From Mobula birostris (taxonomy: Eukaryota), in contig NC_092375.1 in assembly GCF_030028105.1 (NCBI RefSeq), positions 37,175,130-37,239,129 of the forward strand: a stretch of 64,000 nt of DNA, written 5' to 3'. The translations under genes were made by a program, and so were the position numbers. The notes under the pieces were generated by a model. The model was not told the DNA's origin and did not search any database. It saw only the letters and a program-made list of their open reading frames with translations. Of the stretch, positions 27,341-40,630 are shown in pieces; position 1 is the first letter of the stretch, and the number at the start of each line of letters is the position of its first letter.

Positions 27341-28150
27341 GATATAGGTCAGATGGAAAGTTGGGCAGACCATCTGCAGATGGAATTTAATCCTGACATG
27401 CATGAAGTGATGCACTTTGGGAAGTCAATTAGGGATAAGACATACACTGTAGAGCAATTGGTGGGTCTCTAAGAAACAGGTCTCTGAGATGTACAGAGAG
27501 ACCTTGGTCCAAGTCCTTAGTTCCTTGAAAGCGGCACCATAGGTCTTGAAGAAAGTACATGGCATGCTTGCCTTCGTAGGTCAGGGTACAGAAACATAGG
27601 GCTGGGACGTTATATAGCATCTTTACAAAATACTGCTTAAGCCACATTTGGAGTAGTGTTACCAATCTTTTGGAAGGAAGGATTTGATTGCATTGGAGAG
27701 GGTTTAGAGGAGACTCACCAGGATGCTCCCTGGATTGGAGGACTTTAGTCTGAGGAGAGACTGGATACAATGGGTTTATTTTCCCAGGAGCAAAAGAGGC
27801 TGGGGGTGGGGAGGTCAGCAGGTGGCCTTATAAAAGCATAAAAGATAATGAAAGGCATAGACGGGGTGTAGGCAATCAGACTTTTTTCCCTATTGTAAGG
27901 TATCAAAAACCATATGCCATTGTTTTAAGGGGAGGGTTAGAAGGATTAAATGGAATTTGAGAGGGAAGTTGTTCATACGGAGAGTGGTTGATATCTGAAA
28001 TATCCTCATTAAGGAGGTAGTGGAATTGCATATATTATATATGCAATAGTATAAGATACATTCACAATGAACTTTGAATAGGAAAAGCATAGAAGGATAC
28101 AGTCCTAATGCAGGCAAATGGGATTAGTGTGGATAGACACAAAGGCCAAC
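27341..28150 (+). mobile_element. CR1 LINE 3' fragment, degenerate
   Basis: cagatggaatttaatcctga, gtgatgcactttgggaag, ccacatttggagta, ggaaggatttgattgcattggagaggg are CR1 RT 3' motifs. Confidence 0.75.
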
Positions 28151-28456
28151 AAGGGCAGGATGGGAAGAAGTGTCTGTTTATGTGTTTCTTTTCTCTTTGA
28201 AATAGACTCTATGAAATGTTATTGACCTTAAGTTGTTTCTTCATCCACACCTGTTATCTGACCTGTTGAGAATTATTATCACCCCATCTGCTTAAATTTG
28301 TCATACTGACTAAAGTTTCTGAAAGAGTATCAGTCAAATGTTTCAGGTGGAGCTTCCACTTCAATGGAAAGCTTAAAGGAGTCAGTTTTAAAACATTCAT
28401 TCACAGTGTCCAAAACTCCACACACAGGAACCAGCTGACATTGTAAGCTCCCTTAC

Positions 28457-28514
28457 CTTCACTGAGAAGGGAATGTAGTAAAATAAGAAGCAATTGCTTT
28501 CCCAGTGCAGACAT
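28457..28514 (-). CDS. IgSF V-C1 gene, exon 1 (signal peptide) MSALGKQLLLILLHSLLSE-G
   Basis: ATG at 28514, 19 codons plus 1 nt with a hydrophobic core, then donor G|GTAAGG. Phase 1 matches the V-exon acceptor. Too short for the ORF track. Confidence 0.8.
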
Positions 28515-29029
28515 TACTGATGAGTTTTCTAAACAAAATAGAAAAGGAAACGATAAAAGCACAGAATTTAAGTTACATAATTACAGTGAAGATTGCCTGG
28601 GTGTATCTCAATTACCTAATACATTTTCACCATTAGAGTGCTGGAATGATTAATTCATCAGATGGAAGGAGACACTGTGACATAACACTGGAATCACAAC
28701 CCAGTTATTTGTTAGATGCTATAACATGATGTTAAATACTCATTTATTCAAATTGTAAATGGCAAATAAGTCATGGGACAAAGTGTCTCCTATCTCCTGT
28801 TTATTCTGCTTCTCACACCAAACATCTTTCCCCAGCCATAAGACATGGGAGCAGAATTAGGCAATTTGGCTCATTAAGTCTTATCTGCCTTATTTTCCCT
28901 CTCAGCACATGCCAGCACATCCTTTCTTAGATAACGGATCCAAAAGTGCTCGCAGCACTCCAAATGTGAACTGGCCAAATCCTTGCAAAGCTCAGCATTA
29001 CATCTGTTGCTCTTAGTGGCCTCATCATG

Positions 29030-30480
29030 AGAAGAGAAAGGTCATGAATTAAAGAAGTAAATGTATAAACACACGTACTTGTTGGAATCATGAAAATTCA
29101 CAAGGTCCTTAAAAATTCTACAAATGTGTAAAAGATAAGTGAATTCAAAGATAGGCTCTGTACAGTTAGAGAGGGAGGATTCATAATGGCAAAAAAAGAA
29201 ATGTTAGAGCATTAATTTTTTGTCTCTTTAGAAGGATATACAAATAACTTACTAGAAATGTTAGTGAATGATTAACTTGATGAGAAGAAGGAATTAACAA
29301 AAATGATATAAGTAAAATGAGTGCTGGAAAGATAATGAGTGAAAATCAGCAAATTCCGATCACCTATAATCTGCATCCCAGAAATGAACGAATTAACTAT
29401 GGGAATAGTAGATACAATGGTTGTCACCCTCCAAAATTCTAGAAGTTAAGCAATGGTTCCTGTAGATTGGAGGGTAACAAATGAAACCCAACTATTTAAA
29501 GAGGAAACGAGAAACTAAAGTACATTAGCCTTTCATCAGATGTAGAGAAACTTCTGAACTCTATTACAAAGAATGTGAGAGTGCAACACTTCAAAAAAAA
29601 CTGTAAGCAAAGTCAACATGGATCAACTAATGGATATCACATTTAATAAATAAACTAGCCTTTCTGAGGATGTACTTGTAGAACAGATAATGAGAAACCA
29701 GGAGAACTGGTGTATTTGGATTTTAATAAAATCCCATGAAGTATTTAGTGACTAAAATAACAGTGTACGGGGTTGGGGTTATATTCAAAATTAAAGATTG
29801 TTTATTGCTATTCTTCAGTACATGAGTGTAGAGGAGAACAAACTGATTGTTACTCTGAACTTGATGCACCTTGAAGAAACACAGTAAGCAAAAAACACAC
29901 AATACATGTAAAGATAAAGCAAAATTCTATAAAACACTGTGTACAAGTACCTGTATACAGACATGGATTCAGAATTGACAGACACATAAAAATAGAGTAG
30001 GAAAAAATGAGATATTTTCTGGGCATCCAGTGTTGACCACTTGGATCAGGACATGAATTTCAGCTTTTCATAACATGGATCAATACTTGTCATAGATGGC
30101 ATGGAGTTTCATCAGGCCAGTTCCTGAGATGACATCAGTGCCTTCTGAAGAGAGATTGAGTTGATTAGGTCTGTATTTGTTAGAGTTAGAAGAAAGAATG
30201 AGAGGTAATTGAGATGTACAAAATCCTGGCAGGTCTCAGCACACTAGAACCAGAGGTCACAGTATCAGAAAATGTGGTAAGGGCTGAAATAAGAAGAAAT
30301 TCTTTCACACATTGGATGGTGAGCCTTTAGGAATGAGCGATCAATTTACTAAATATGGTTAAGAAGAAGGCAGTCAGATAACTAGGCATTAAAAGCATTA
30401 AAGGGTAAGAGGAACATGGAATCGAGATAGGGGCACAACCACGATCTCGAAAGACCTACTCCTACTCCTCTATTTTTATG
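29030..30480 (+). mobile_element. Old CR1 LINE remnant
   Basis: Degenerate RT motifs (ccaaaattct...gttcctgtagattggagggtaacaaatg, gtgtatttggatttt, ccagaggtcacagt). Confidence 0.6.
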
Positions 30481-33400
30481 TTTCTTTATTGTACTGCTAG
30501 AGAACACATGAAGTTGAAATCATAATCTCCTTGTATTTTCATGTATTTCACCCTATTAATACTTAATGATCTTGGTGTAATGAATTAAGCTTTATTCAAC
30601 AATGAAGGAATAATTGCAAGTATCAGCAAATTCCCAAATCTCCCAAGCCAAAAGTTCATCACATGAATTACACATGCATGTACAGTGTGGTACAACACAA
30701 ACTGAATGTAAGACCTGATCTTGTATTAAAGGCTGATATGCTATGTTCCTACTCCATGACTGTGATGACATGGGATATGATTTTGCCACTCTGCCCTAGA
30801 CCATGGGTGGAACTAGATTTGTTATTTTAAAGTGTCTTTTTTCTAACCAAACAGTTCAGTGAAAATTATTCAACCAAACTCTGAAGGAATCCAATGGGCT
30901 ACGCAGACAGCAGAACAAATCAGGCATAGAACTGGGTCAAATTTAAATGTATACTACTGTTTTCTAATTCAGAGTTCTAAAATGGAATGAGTTTATCCGG
31001 TTCGCTAGCTTATTACATGCTATCATTCAGTAAAGACAGAAAAGGTGCTTTGACACTCGAGGCAAGCAATGAGATTAGTTGGTATTTGTCGATGCATAAA
31101 ATTATCAATGAAATAACTTTCAAATGAAGGTCTTTTGTTGGCAATACTGTAATACGGTGGAAGACTGCTTTGATTTATCCAGGTCACCAGGCAAAAGTGA
31201 TGGATTTCTGCAGTATGGCTCACCAGCAGGAAGAAGTTGCCATATTTATCTTAAGGGATGTAAAAAGCAACCTATGTTAAGCAGTTATTTAAAAAATGAC
31301 AAGTTTTGATTTGGAAGATGATGGCACACTTGAAAAAAATGGTTTTGAACAGGCTTTGGAAAACTCCAGTGGAGTTTCATTGAGGAGAAATCAGTGAAGA
31401 GGAAGCAGCACTATTTTAGTTTCATTAGACCAAGGTCAAGTTCACAAAACTCTTAGGTGAAACAGAAGCTGAGGGAAAATAGCCAGCTTTGAATCATTGT
31501 GAAAGGCAACAAAGTTGACCTGATGTTATAAAACATAAAGCTAGAAGCACTTAGCAGGTCAGGCTGTGCCCGTGGAAAAGAGAAAAAGAGTTACAATTTT
31601 GGGTCAAAGACCTTTCATCAGAACGCAGACCTAACACACTGATATTATAAGATATTATTAATCATGATTAAAATGCTTTATTAATATACAGAGGTTTATT
31701 AGTCTAATGATGTGATTTTGAAGCGCACCATGGCAGCAAGAGTGGCATGCAGTAAATGCTTGCTTTATCAGTCGTGTTCATATCCTCTTGGTGAATAAAA
31801 TACGGGAATGTATAATTAACTATTTAAATGTAATTCCTCACTATTTAACACCCTTCTTTAGGAAGAGTCAGCATTTAGTTCAAACTAATTTAATAGACTT
31901 AGGTGAATAAGAAATAGGCTTAATTGAATAGGAAAACTGTACAGAATATTTTTGAAGCTGCTACTTCAAGGTTAACACTGAATTTAAAGTAATCTCTATA
32001 GCAAAACTGCACCACCTCACTATATTTATGAATGTAGTGATTATAATATGCTTAGCAAAAGGTCTGATTAACAGGATATTGAGTACAAACTGCAAAAGAA
32101 TCTATTTTATATTTAATATCCAATGCATATAATATTTTAAAGTGTGTGTATATGCATTACCAGCAGATTCCCTTACCATCCCCACTAACCAACCAGAAGA
32201 TACACTTATTTGTAACAAAGGAACATTTATACTTTCTGAAACTATAATTTACATAACTAATTAAATAAATTCCATGTTTGAATTATATTCTGGGATGAAT
32301 ACCAAATATTTTGGATTGGTCCACGACTACATTCACTATAAATGTGTTGCTATTTTATATCCATTTCTTTATGATATATACTTGGATTTCAATTCCTTAT
32401 CCCGTTTTACTATTAAAATACTTTGTAAGATGGTAGACAAGAGAGAGTAGCAGAATTTAATATCTATTATTTTTATTTAGTGATTCTAAGATAGGATAAC
32501 CGCTGTGGAGTTTGGAAATAAACACTTCAAAACATTTCAAGTTCTCCTAAAAATAATTTTGAATCAAGCAGCAAGTAACTAAATTTGTATTAAGAGTCCA
32601 AAAGAGCCTCTTTGCCTTTATCAAGTTAAATCTGACTGATGCATGAAGTTTGGAACATGGCATGTTGTTACATTTCACATTATAACATCAGCTGACAGGC
32701 ACAGCTCTAGACAAAAATATGGTGATAATAACCAGGCTTTTGAGAAAATCAGAGGGATATTGATTTTTAATGATAATCATTAGAGGATATTATGATGAAT
32801 AAATTTGAAAAATAATACATAAAAAATAACATTTTAAAACTTACTGTTGATTAATATTTCAGTTATTTAATGATACTGTCATTTGAAAAAATATTTTGTT
32901 GGTGAATGTTTATAAATAATATAAAATTGCACAATTGATAGCAATGAATATTTGGTTGTAAATGTTCATGTTCTGTTCTCCTGTCTAATTGTTTAACGAT
33001 TTCTCATAACGAAAGAAGAAATGGGATTTTTCTACCATAGACATGAGATGACACAATTCATTTTTAAATATTGACAAAGAATGTAGTGCAACATTGTATC
33101 CCTAAAATTAGTTTATAATTAATGTTTAATTTATGTTTTCTTGTCAATACTGTGTATCTGATATTGTGTATGTGCCTGTGATGCTGCTGCAAGTAAGATT
33201 TTCATTGCACCTGTGCAGACATGTACTTAGGCATATGACAATCAACTTGACTTTGTCTTTAAATGTAGTTCACCTGAACCAAGTATTATTAGTCAAGCAC
33301 TAGTTAGGAGTATTTATCTGGTTGAAGAAATTTCTTTGCCCAAAATGAAGAAAATTCAAAATAAAAAACATTATATTTTTAAAACTAAATTTATCTATCA

Positions 33401-34480
33401 GGTTTTATAAAATGTCTGTTAATAATATTCCTGAAGATTGTGCTGATTAATCATATCAGAGATATTAACACTAATGTGACATGTTACATAATTTCTATAA
33501 CTATATATTTCCAACATTCCTTTGTTAGAGAAACAAGCCTCAACTAAATTCATATCAAGCTCTGATTTACTGCTTAACATAATATTTGAGCACAACTTGG
33601 TTTAATACCTTACATATGCTTTAACTCATAAGAAAAGTGCACCATTAAAAGAAACAACATTGATGTGGGAAGGAGCTGAAAGAGAATAAATAAAAGTCAA
33701 AAATTCTGTCCGTCTTACCAAATACGAGTAAAAAGTATCACAATCCTTATAGAATTCTGTTCAGAATGGGAAGTATCTGGAATACTGCTAACATCAGTAG
33801 TGAAACTGCAGCCACAGTTATTTCTACCTCTGGATCTGTTTGCCAGTTAGAATCATTCCCTGGATAGGTTTCATTGTGTGCTACTCCCGAATTGCAATTA
33901 GCTCGGAGAGTTTAGTATATACAGTAACGACATATTATATGTTTGTAAAGGATAATGAAATAAAGTACTTACATGAAATTGAGGACAAATATGTTTGTCT
34001 GCTGCTGAATGAGAGAGTAACTGTAGCTAGTGTCAGCACCTCCTTTTTTGGAAGAACACGATTACACCCGATATGCATCCTCTGTTTCGGGGAATTTCTA
34101 CCCACTGCAATAATTTGAATTAAAATTTAATTTGACACTAAAATGAATACTAAATTTTGTTGTACATAATGACATTATACAGTAGGTGCAATCTCTCATA
34201 GGTGCATCGCCATTGAATGAAGCGGTAATGCAGTTTTCTGTGGGGTAACCCCCGTGGTGTGTGGCACTGGGGAAAAGGCTCAGTTTTTAAATACAAAGGG
34301 TACATTGATCTGATCTGATTCCCCAGATTTTTCATTTGTAGCTATTTCAAAGTCTTTTGCAATAATATTATATTCAATTCACAAGTGTTTGCATGCTGTT
34401 TTTAGAGAAAAAATATTCTGCCTAAACCTAAATATTTCCTCACTCATTTCTGTGAAGATTCATCCTTTGGCTTGGGTGTA

Positions 34481-35461
34481 CCGCCACCTCCAACAGGATC
34501 CCACCACTAAGCACATCTTTCCCTCCCCCCCCCCCGCTTTCCACAGGGTTTGCTCCCTTCGCGACTCCCTTGTCCATTCGTCTCCCCCATCCCTCCCCAC
34601 TGATCTCCCTCTTGGCACTTATCCTTGTAAGCGGAACAAGTGCTACACATGCCCTTACACTTCCTCCCTCACCACCATTCAGGGCCCCAGACAGTCCTTT
34701 CAGGTGAGGTGACACTTCACCTGTGAGTCGGCTGGGGTGATATACTGTGTCCAGTGTTCCCAATGTGGCCTTCTATATATTGGCAAGACCCGATGCAGAC
34801 TGGGAGACCACTTTGCTGAACACCTACGCTCTGTCCGCCAGAGAAAGCAGGATCTCCCAGTGGCCACACATTTTAATTCCACATCCCATTCCCATTCTGA
34901 CACATCTATCCACGGCCTCCTCTACTGTAAAGATGAAGCCACACTCAGGTTGGAGGAACAACACCTTATATTCCGTCTGGGTAGCCTCCAACCTGATGGC
35001 ATGAACATTAACTTCTCTAACTTCGCTAATGCCCCACCTCCCCCTCGTATCCCATCCGTTATTTATTTTTATACACACATTCTTTCTCTCACTCTCCTTT
35101 TTCTCCCTCTGTCCCTCTAACTATACCCCTTGCCCATCCTCTGGGTTCCCCCCCCCCCACCCGTCTTTCTCCCTCGGCCTCCTGTCCCATGATCCTCTCA
35201 TATCCCCTTTGCCAATCACCCGTCCAGCTCTTGGCTCCATCCCTCCCCCTCCTGTCTTCTCCTATCATTTTGGATCTCCCACTCCCCCACCCGCTTTCAA
35301 ATCTCTTACTAACTTTTCCTTCAGTTAGTCCTGACGAAGGGTCTCGGCCTGAAACGTCGACTGTACCTCTTCCTAGAGGTGCTGCCTGGCCTGCTGAGTT
35401 CACCAGCAACTTTGATGTGTGTTGCTTGAATTTCCAGCATCTGCAGAATTCCTGTTGTTTG
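34481..35461 (+). mobile_element. Penelope-like element, 3' fragment (GIY-YIG endonuclease plus terminal repeat)
   Basis: IYCVQCSQCGLLYIGKTRCRLGDHFAEH...EEQHLIFRLGSLQPDGMN; near-identical to 61.4-62.36 kb. Confidence 0.92.
35327..35362 (+). ncRNA. Minimal type I hammerhead ribozyme in the Penelope terminal repeat (intact core)
   Basis: AGTC-CTGACGA-AGG gtctcgg CCT-GAAA-C-GTC-GACT: stem I AGTC/GACT, core CUGANGA, stem II, GAAA, palindromic ACGU in place of stem III, GUC cleavage triplet ending at 35358. Confidence 0.75.
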
Positions 35462-36339
35462 TAGAATTCCTTGAGTTAATTCAGAAATTACTGGACTCAA
35501 CTCCACAAGCTTTAGCTTCCTGAGCCACTCATTGTCCAGTTTTCATTTGTAAAGAGTTAATTTTTAATCCATAATGATATTTCTTCACAATTAGTCTATG
35601 AAGAGTTCATAATGCTTTTCATACTGTCTCCCTCTGATCACTGGTGAAAATCATCATTGGATCTTTCCTCCTGATATACACCATTTGTATCTTTCAAACC
35701 TCTTACACATTCTGTTATCTTATCCATGCAAAAATTTGTGGATATTTTACCCACAATTAAGATCTATTTAACTTTCTAAATGATGCAAAATTGTTTGATT
35801 TTCCAATGTGCATGTTCTCAGCGTGGACTCTTTTTCTAAAAACATATACGTGAAGTTGGTTTCCTCTACTGGCTTCTTCATAACAGATGTCTGTGTTTAG
35901 AACTTAATCACATACATCGTAACTGGAAATGGATATGATCTTCAACAATTATCATTCAATGCTTTCACTTATCTTAAGCATTTATACTTCCTCCTGTTTA
36001 TAACAGCCATGTTGGGGCTAACACAATTTGCTGGTGTGACTTGCTGCTGGCAAAATGGGACCAATAGAAGATTTGTTATTGAGTATTCTTCCTCTTCCAA
36101 TTCATTTATCTTATTTTCATATTTACTCCACCAGCATCCTTTGGATTATTAAGTGCTTTCTTCAGAACACACTGATACCGTGCAAGTAAAAGGAGTAATG
36201 TTGAAGAGAAAGATAGATGGAATGTGAGTAGATACTTGTCGTGGACATGAGATGAGATTGCAACAGAAATGGATGTCCTTGACATTGTATTTATCTTGCT
36301 CCTCTGCATCTTAGATTTCCAGCGCTCTCACATCCTTAT

Positions 36340-38088
36340 GGAAAACCAGCACAAACCCTCTCCGTCTGATTCACCAACTTCCTGGAAGTCCTACCTTTGA
36401 CATCCCCTCTGCATCACAGCCATTGACTGACGTTGATTAGGTCTGGGTTGATCAGAACACGAATGGCCTGTGCACTGAACATCAGGGAGCACATTCAGTC
36501 TACGGTCAGGCTTGGTAGTGAGTCCAAGTTGCACACAGTGTCAGACTAGAATGTTGCCTACTGTGCCAGAATCCAGCAGAGCCTCCTATGCATGTACACT
36601 GGAAAGTGGAGGAGGACAGAGAGAGTAAATTGGGCTATGGTGCTGGAACGAGGGGCTTGGAAGAGCTTACTAGATGGAAGACCCCTCATCTCTATCTAGT
36701 GGCGCTGTTGTCCCGGATGCAGGGAGCATTTGATGAGTGGGTGATTGGCGGGGCTCTGCAGTTAAGCGCAGAAGTTGTTTCTCCACCAATGCTTACGTCC
36801 CAGGTGGGGGTGGGGGGGGGTGGTGGTGTGCACAAGGGTCAAGGAAGTTCTCCCTAACTGCATGGGTGCTGAAGGTGTTGCTGATGAGGGGTTCTAGCAG
36901 TGGTCTGGAGTGTCAGCACGGACAGCCAGAGTGATGAGACCTTCAACGAAGGTGGTCACCTCTCGGGTAGACAGCTCATCTTTCGAACACTCCCCAAGGC
37001 TGTGATGTAACGGGCCAGCAACACTTACGCAGTCAGCCGGAGAGCCCTGAATTCCACAGTGCAATCCAACACAGAGCGTGAGCCTTGATACTGTGAAGTA
37101 TCCGATTCACTGCCTCCCTTCCACTTCTCAGATCATTGAAAATTTGGTGCATCTCAGCGGTGAATTCCACATGTTTATTGCAGATGGAGGTTCTGTTGTC
37201 CCAGTCAGTGACAGCCCAGGCCAGAGCTCGCCCAGTCAGGAGAGACATGACAAAGGCAATCTTGACTCAGTCTATAGAATACAGAGATGGCTGCAGTTCA
37301 GACGGTAAGATGCACTGGGGCAGGAAGTTACGGCATCGGGTTGGGATCCATTGAAGCATTTGCCCTCCAGAATCCGGGATCCTGAGGGAAGAGACTGACT
37401 GGCACAGGGTTGCTGTAACAAGATGGTGAGTTGATTGGGAGTGGTGAACAGATATGCAATGGTTTTCTGCTGCTTCTGAAACCGAGGCTATGGGCCTGCC
37501 CCGGCTGCTCCGCGATTCAGTCTATGGACTCAACTTGGTTTGCAATGCTGTCACTTGCTTTTATTGTTTGCATGATTTGTACTTTCCCCTCTTTCTCTGC
37601 ACATTGTGTGTTGGTCTTTTTTTTATTGGGTTCTTTCAGGTTTCCTGCTTTACAATCTCATGGTTGTACAATTTATACATACTTTGATAATTAATGTGCT
37701 TTGAACGTTGATGTACTTGTGTCAGTGGACAATTTCCTTTAGGCAAGAAAACTTTGCTGGATCAATTGCTGCTTCACCCATCTTGTCAAGAAGTGTAGAG
37801 GAAGCTTGACCCAATGCAAAGTAGTGGAGACAATTTAGCAGTGAGTGATCCTATTAATAATAAACTTCGAAATAACAAACCGGAGGAAGAGGGGAAGCAC
37901 GCAACAAGAGAGAATGGATACTTAACACAAAAAAATCAACAAGTGGCTGGCTGGTTCAATGGGTGAATAAGGACTGTGGATGAGAGTTGGGTTTAAATAG
38001 GCTGCAGGTGATGGGTTGGACATGAGTGGTAGGTGACTCCTCTTAGCTGGGTGGAGACTGGGAGGTGTCTGCCTGTGCAGGCCTGACA
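36340..38088 (-). mobile_element. Gypsy (sushi/chromovirus-like) element, 5' half: 5' LTR, gag, protease
   Basis: LTR 37784-38088; gag SLLTGRALAWAVTDWDNRTSIC; protease LLDSG-like motif near 36585. A LINE 3' fragment is inserted at about 37440-37720. Confidence 0.85.
37784..38088 (-). repeat. LTR-A (5' LTR), TGTCA...TGACA
   Basis: Alignable by eye along its length to LTR-B at 47905-48226 in the opposite orientation. Confidence 0.88.
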
Positions 38089-39729
38089 AAACCGTTCAAC
38101 ACTTAAAAAATGATGTTCAGGAACACCTGTTTAAGAATGTTTTCAGACTCTTTGCTGTGGGTATTTGCAAAAACTGACAACAGAGTTATCAGTGTAATAT
38201 TACTTATTGAAGCCAGTTAACTTTTGTCAAATACCTGTGTCTAATACAACAATACATTAGAAGTCCTACCACATTTCTTTTCTGGCACAAGAAAAACATA
38301 GAAACCGTTGACTATCCTCACACAAAATGATACTGTGAACTATCAAATGGAATAACTGGGAGGATGAGATGACTCATTAATGTTCCAGAATTTTCTCTAG
38401 CAAGATGCTCCCAGATATAAATTCAGTATGTCTGGAGTGTCTTGCTGGAGAAAAATCTAGAATGCAACAAAAAAATGGTAAGGATGTAGTCAAGAAAGAG
38501 ACTGGGAAAAATATTGCCAAATTGTTTTGGGAAAGGACAGAACACACAAGCTAAAGAATGCATTAATAAATCTGGGCTGGGTCAGAAATGAAATTAATAA
38601 GACAAATACAAAACATGAAAAATTGTGCAGAAAGTTCTATATTGTCTAATAATATTATCAAGACAACTATAAAGGTACTCTAGAGGGAGGCATTCAGAAT
38701 AAAGCAGAAGTAGCAGCATATATGGATGTTGTTGGGTGCAATTTAATTGCCATTATGGAAAGTAGTTACACTGTGACCAAGTCTAAAAAAAGGCCAAAAA
38801 TCTTAGGTCCATCTGGCACAATTCCGAGGAGGAGGATGAAGGAAAGAAAAGTGATAACCATAACTATCATCAGATGTCAACCTCTGGCTGGGATAATAAT
38901 GCAAGATTCACTTTGAACTTCACTAGCCAACCCCTGTCACAAGCAATAGCTTTTCCACATTACCCAATGGCTCTATTTCGGGTGATGCAAGATCTCAACC
39001 CTAGACGTCCATGATCCTTGTTCTCCTCCAGTTACTGCTTGACATGAGTTTATTATTTGCCTCGATTCTAGCATCTGCTGTCATTCTGCAGTCTTCACTG
39101 GTTCTGCTATCAATGATACCACGGTTACCGTCATTTCATGATACTCATGCACCATGCAAGCACTTAGAAGTCCATACGTTTCCCATTCTGCCTGATGGTA
39201 GACCGCGCCATTGGATGGTTGATTGGTGGCCTGTACCTGATGCTTCATGGTAGTATATTTCTGCTTAAGCATTCGTGGGGGAAGAAGTGTTGCTCCTGTG
39301 TGGAGGCTTGCCTGCAGGCAACACTTAGAAGTCCAAACAATACATGATAGTTTGCAGAAAGGAAAGCTCATGAGAGTGGTAGAGTACTCTCCCAAAAGAA
39401 GAAGAGTATTTAGGGTCAGAAACTGAATAAAATAATTCTATAAACTCTACAAGGCAGGGAAACGTTATCTCAACCTACGTACAAATTTATGTTAAGAGAA
39501 CCCAGCTAAGACATTCTCTTTTGTTTAAGAGAAAACAAAAGATGAAATGGAACAAGAACACAGGATAAACTTCCTTTCAAGATTTTCGTATTTGACCTGG
39601 TTTCAGCTACCTATAACATAATTAAGGTCAGGGGAAAAAAAATAAATGCTGCAATATTTCTCGTTATCACTAACTCTAGACCTAACGCTGATAACAAGTG
39701 GAACACTGCTGCTGTAAACACTCCTCCAC

Positions 39730-40630
39730 CCTAGGGCAGAGGCTGTGTGAGACTGAGATTGTGCAACAAGTCGCAAACCAGGCACAGCAAGGGAGATGAG
39801 GCTGAGTACAGGGCTACGGTAGGAAACTTTGTCACGTGGTGTGAGCAGAATTATCTGCAGCTTAATGTGAAAAAGACTAAGGAGTTGATGGTAGACCTGA
39901 GGAGAACTAAGGCACCGGTGACCCCTGTTTCCATCCAGGGGGTCAGTGTGGACATGGTGGAGAATTACAAATACCTGGGGATACAAATTGACAATAAACT
40001 GGACTGGTCAAAGAACAGTTTATTGTCAACAGAACTGAGGCTGTCTACAAGAAGGGTCAGAGCCGTCTCTATTTCCTGAAGAGACTGAGGTCCTGCTGGA
40101 CGATGCTGAGGGTGTTCTACGAGTCTGTGGTGGCCAGTGCTATCATGTTTGCTGTTGTGTGCTGGGGCAGCAGGCTGAGGGCAGCAGGCACCAACAGAAT
40201 CAACAAACTCATTCGTAAGGCCAGTGATGTTGTGGGGATGGAACTGGACTCTCTGACGGTGGTGTCTGAAAAGGGGATGCTGTCTAAGTTGCATGCCATC
40301 TTGGACAATGTCTCCCATCCACTACATAATGTACTGTTTGGGCACAGGAGTACATTCAGCCAGAGACTCATTCCACCAAGATGCAACACAGAGCGTCATA
40401 GGAAGTCATTCCTGCCTGTGGCCATCAAACTTTACAACTCCTCCCTTGGAGGGTCAGACACCCTGTGCCAACAGGCTGGTCCTGGACTTATTTCATAATT
40501 TACTGGCATAATTTACATATTACTATTTAACTATTTATGGTTCTATGACTATTTATTATTTATGGTGCAACTGTAACGAAAACCAATTTCCCCCTGGGAT
40601 CAATAAAGTACGATTATGACTATGACTATG
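39730..40630 (+). mobile_element. Rex1/Babar-type LINE 3' fragment
   Basis: WCEQNYLQLNVKKTKELMVDLRR, YKYLGIQIDNKLDWS, FYESVVASAIMFAVVCWG, SFLPVAIKLYN; (CTATGA)n tail. Confidence 0.9.

Noticed and set aside
33740-33840. Minus-strand hydrophobic peptide VEITVAAVSLLMLAVFQILPIL, a possible TM or GPI signal
   Set aside because: Upstream of the Ig leader, with no convincing acceptor or partner exons.
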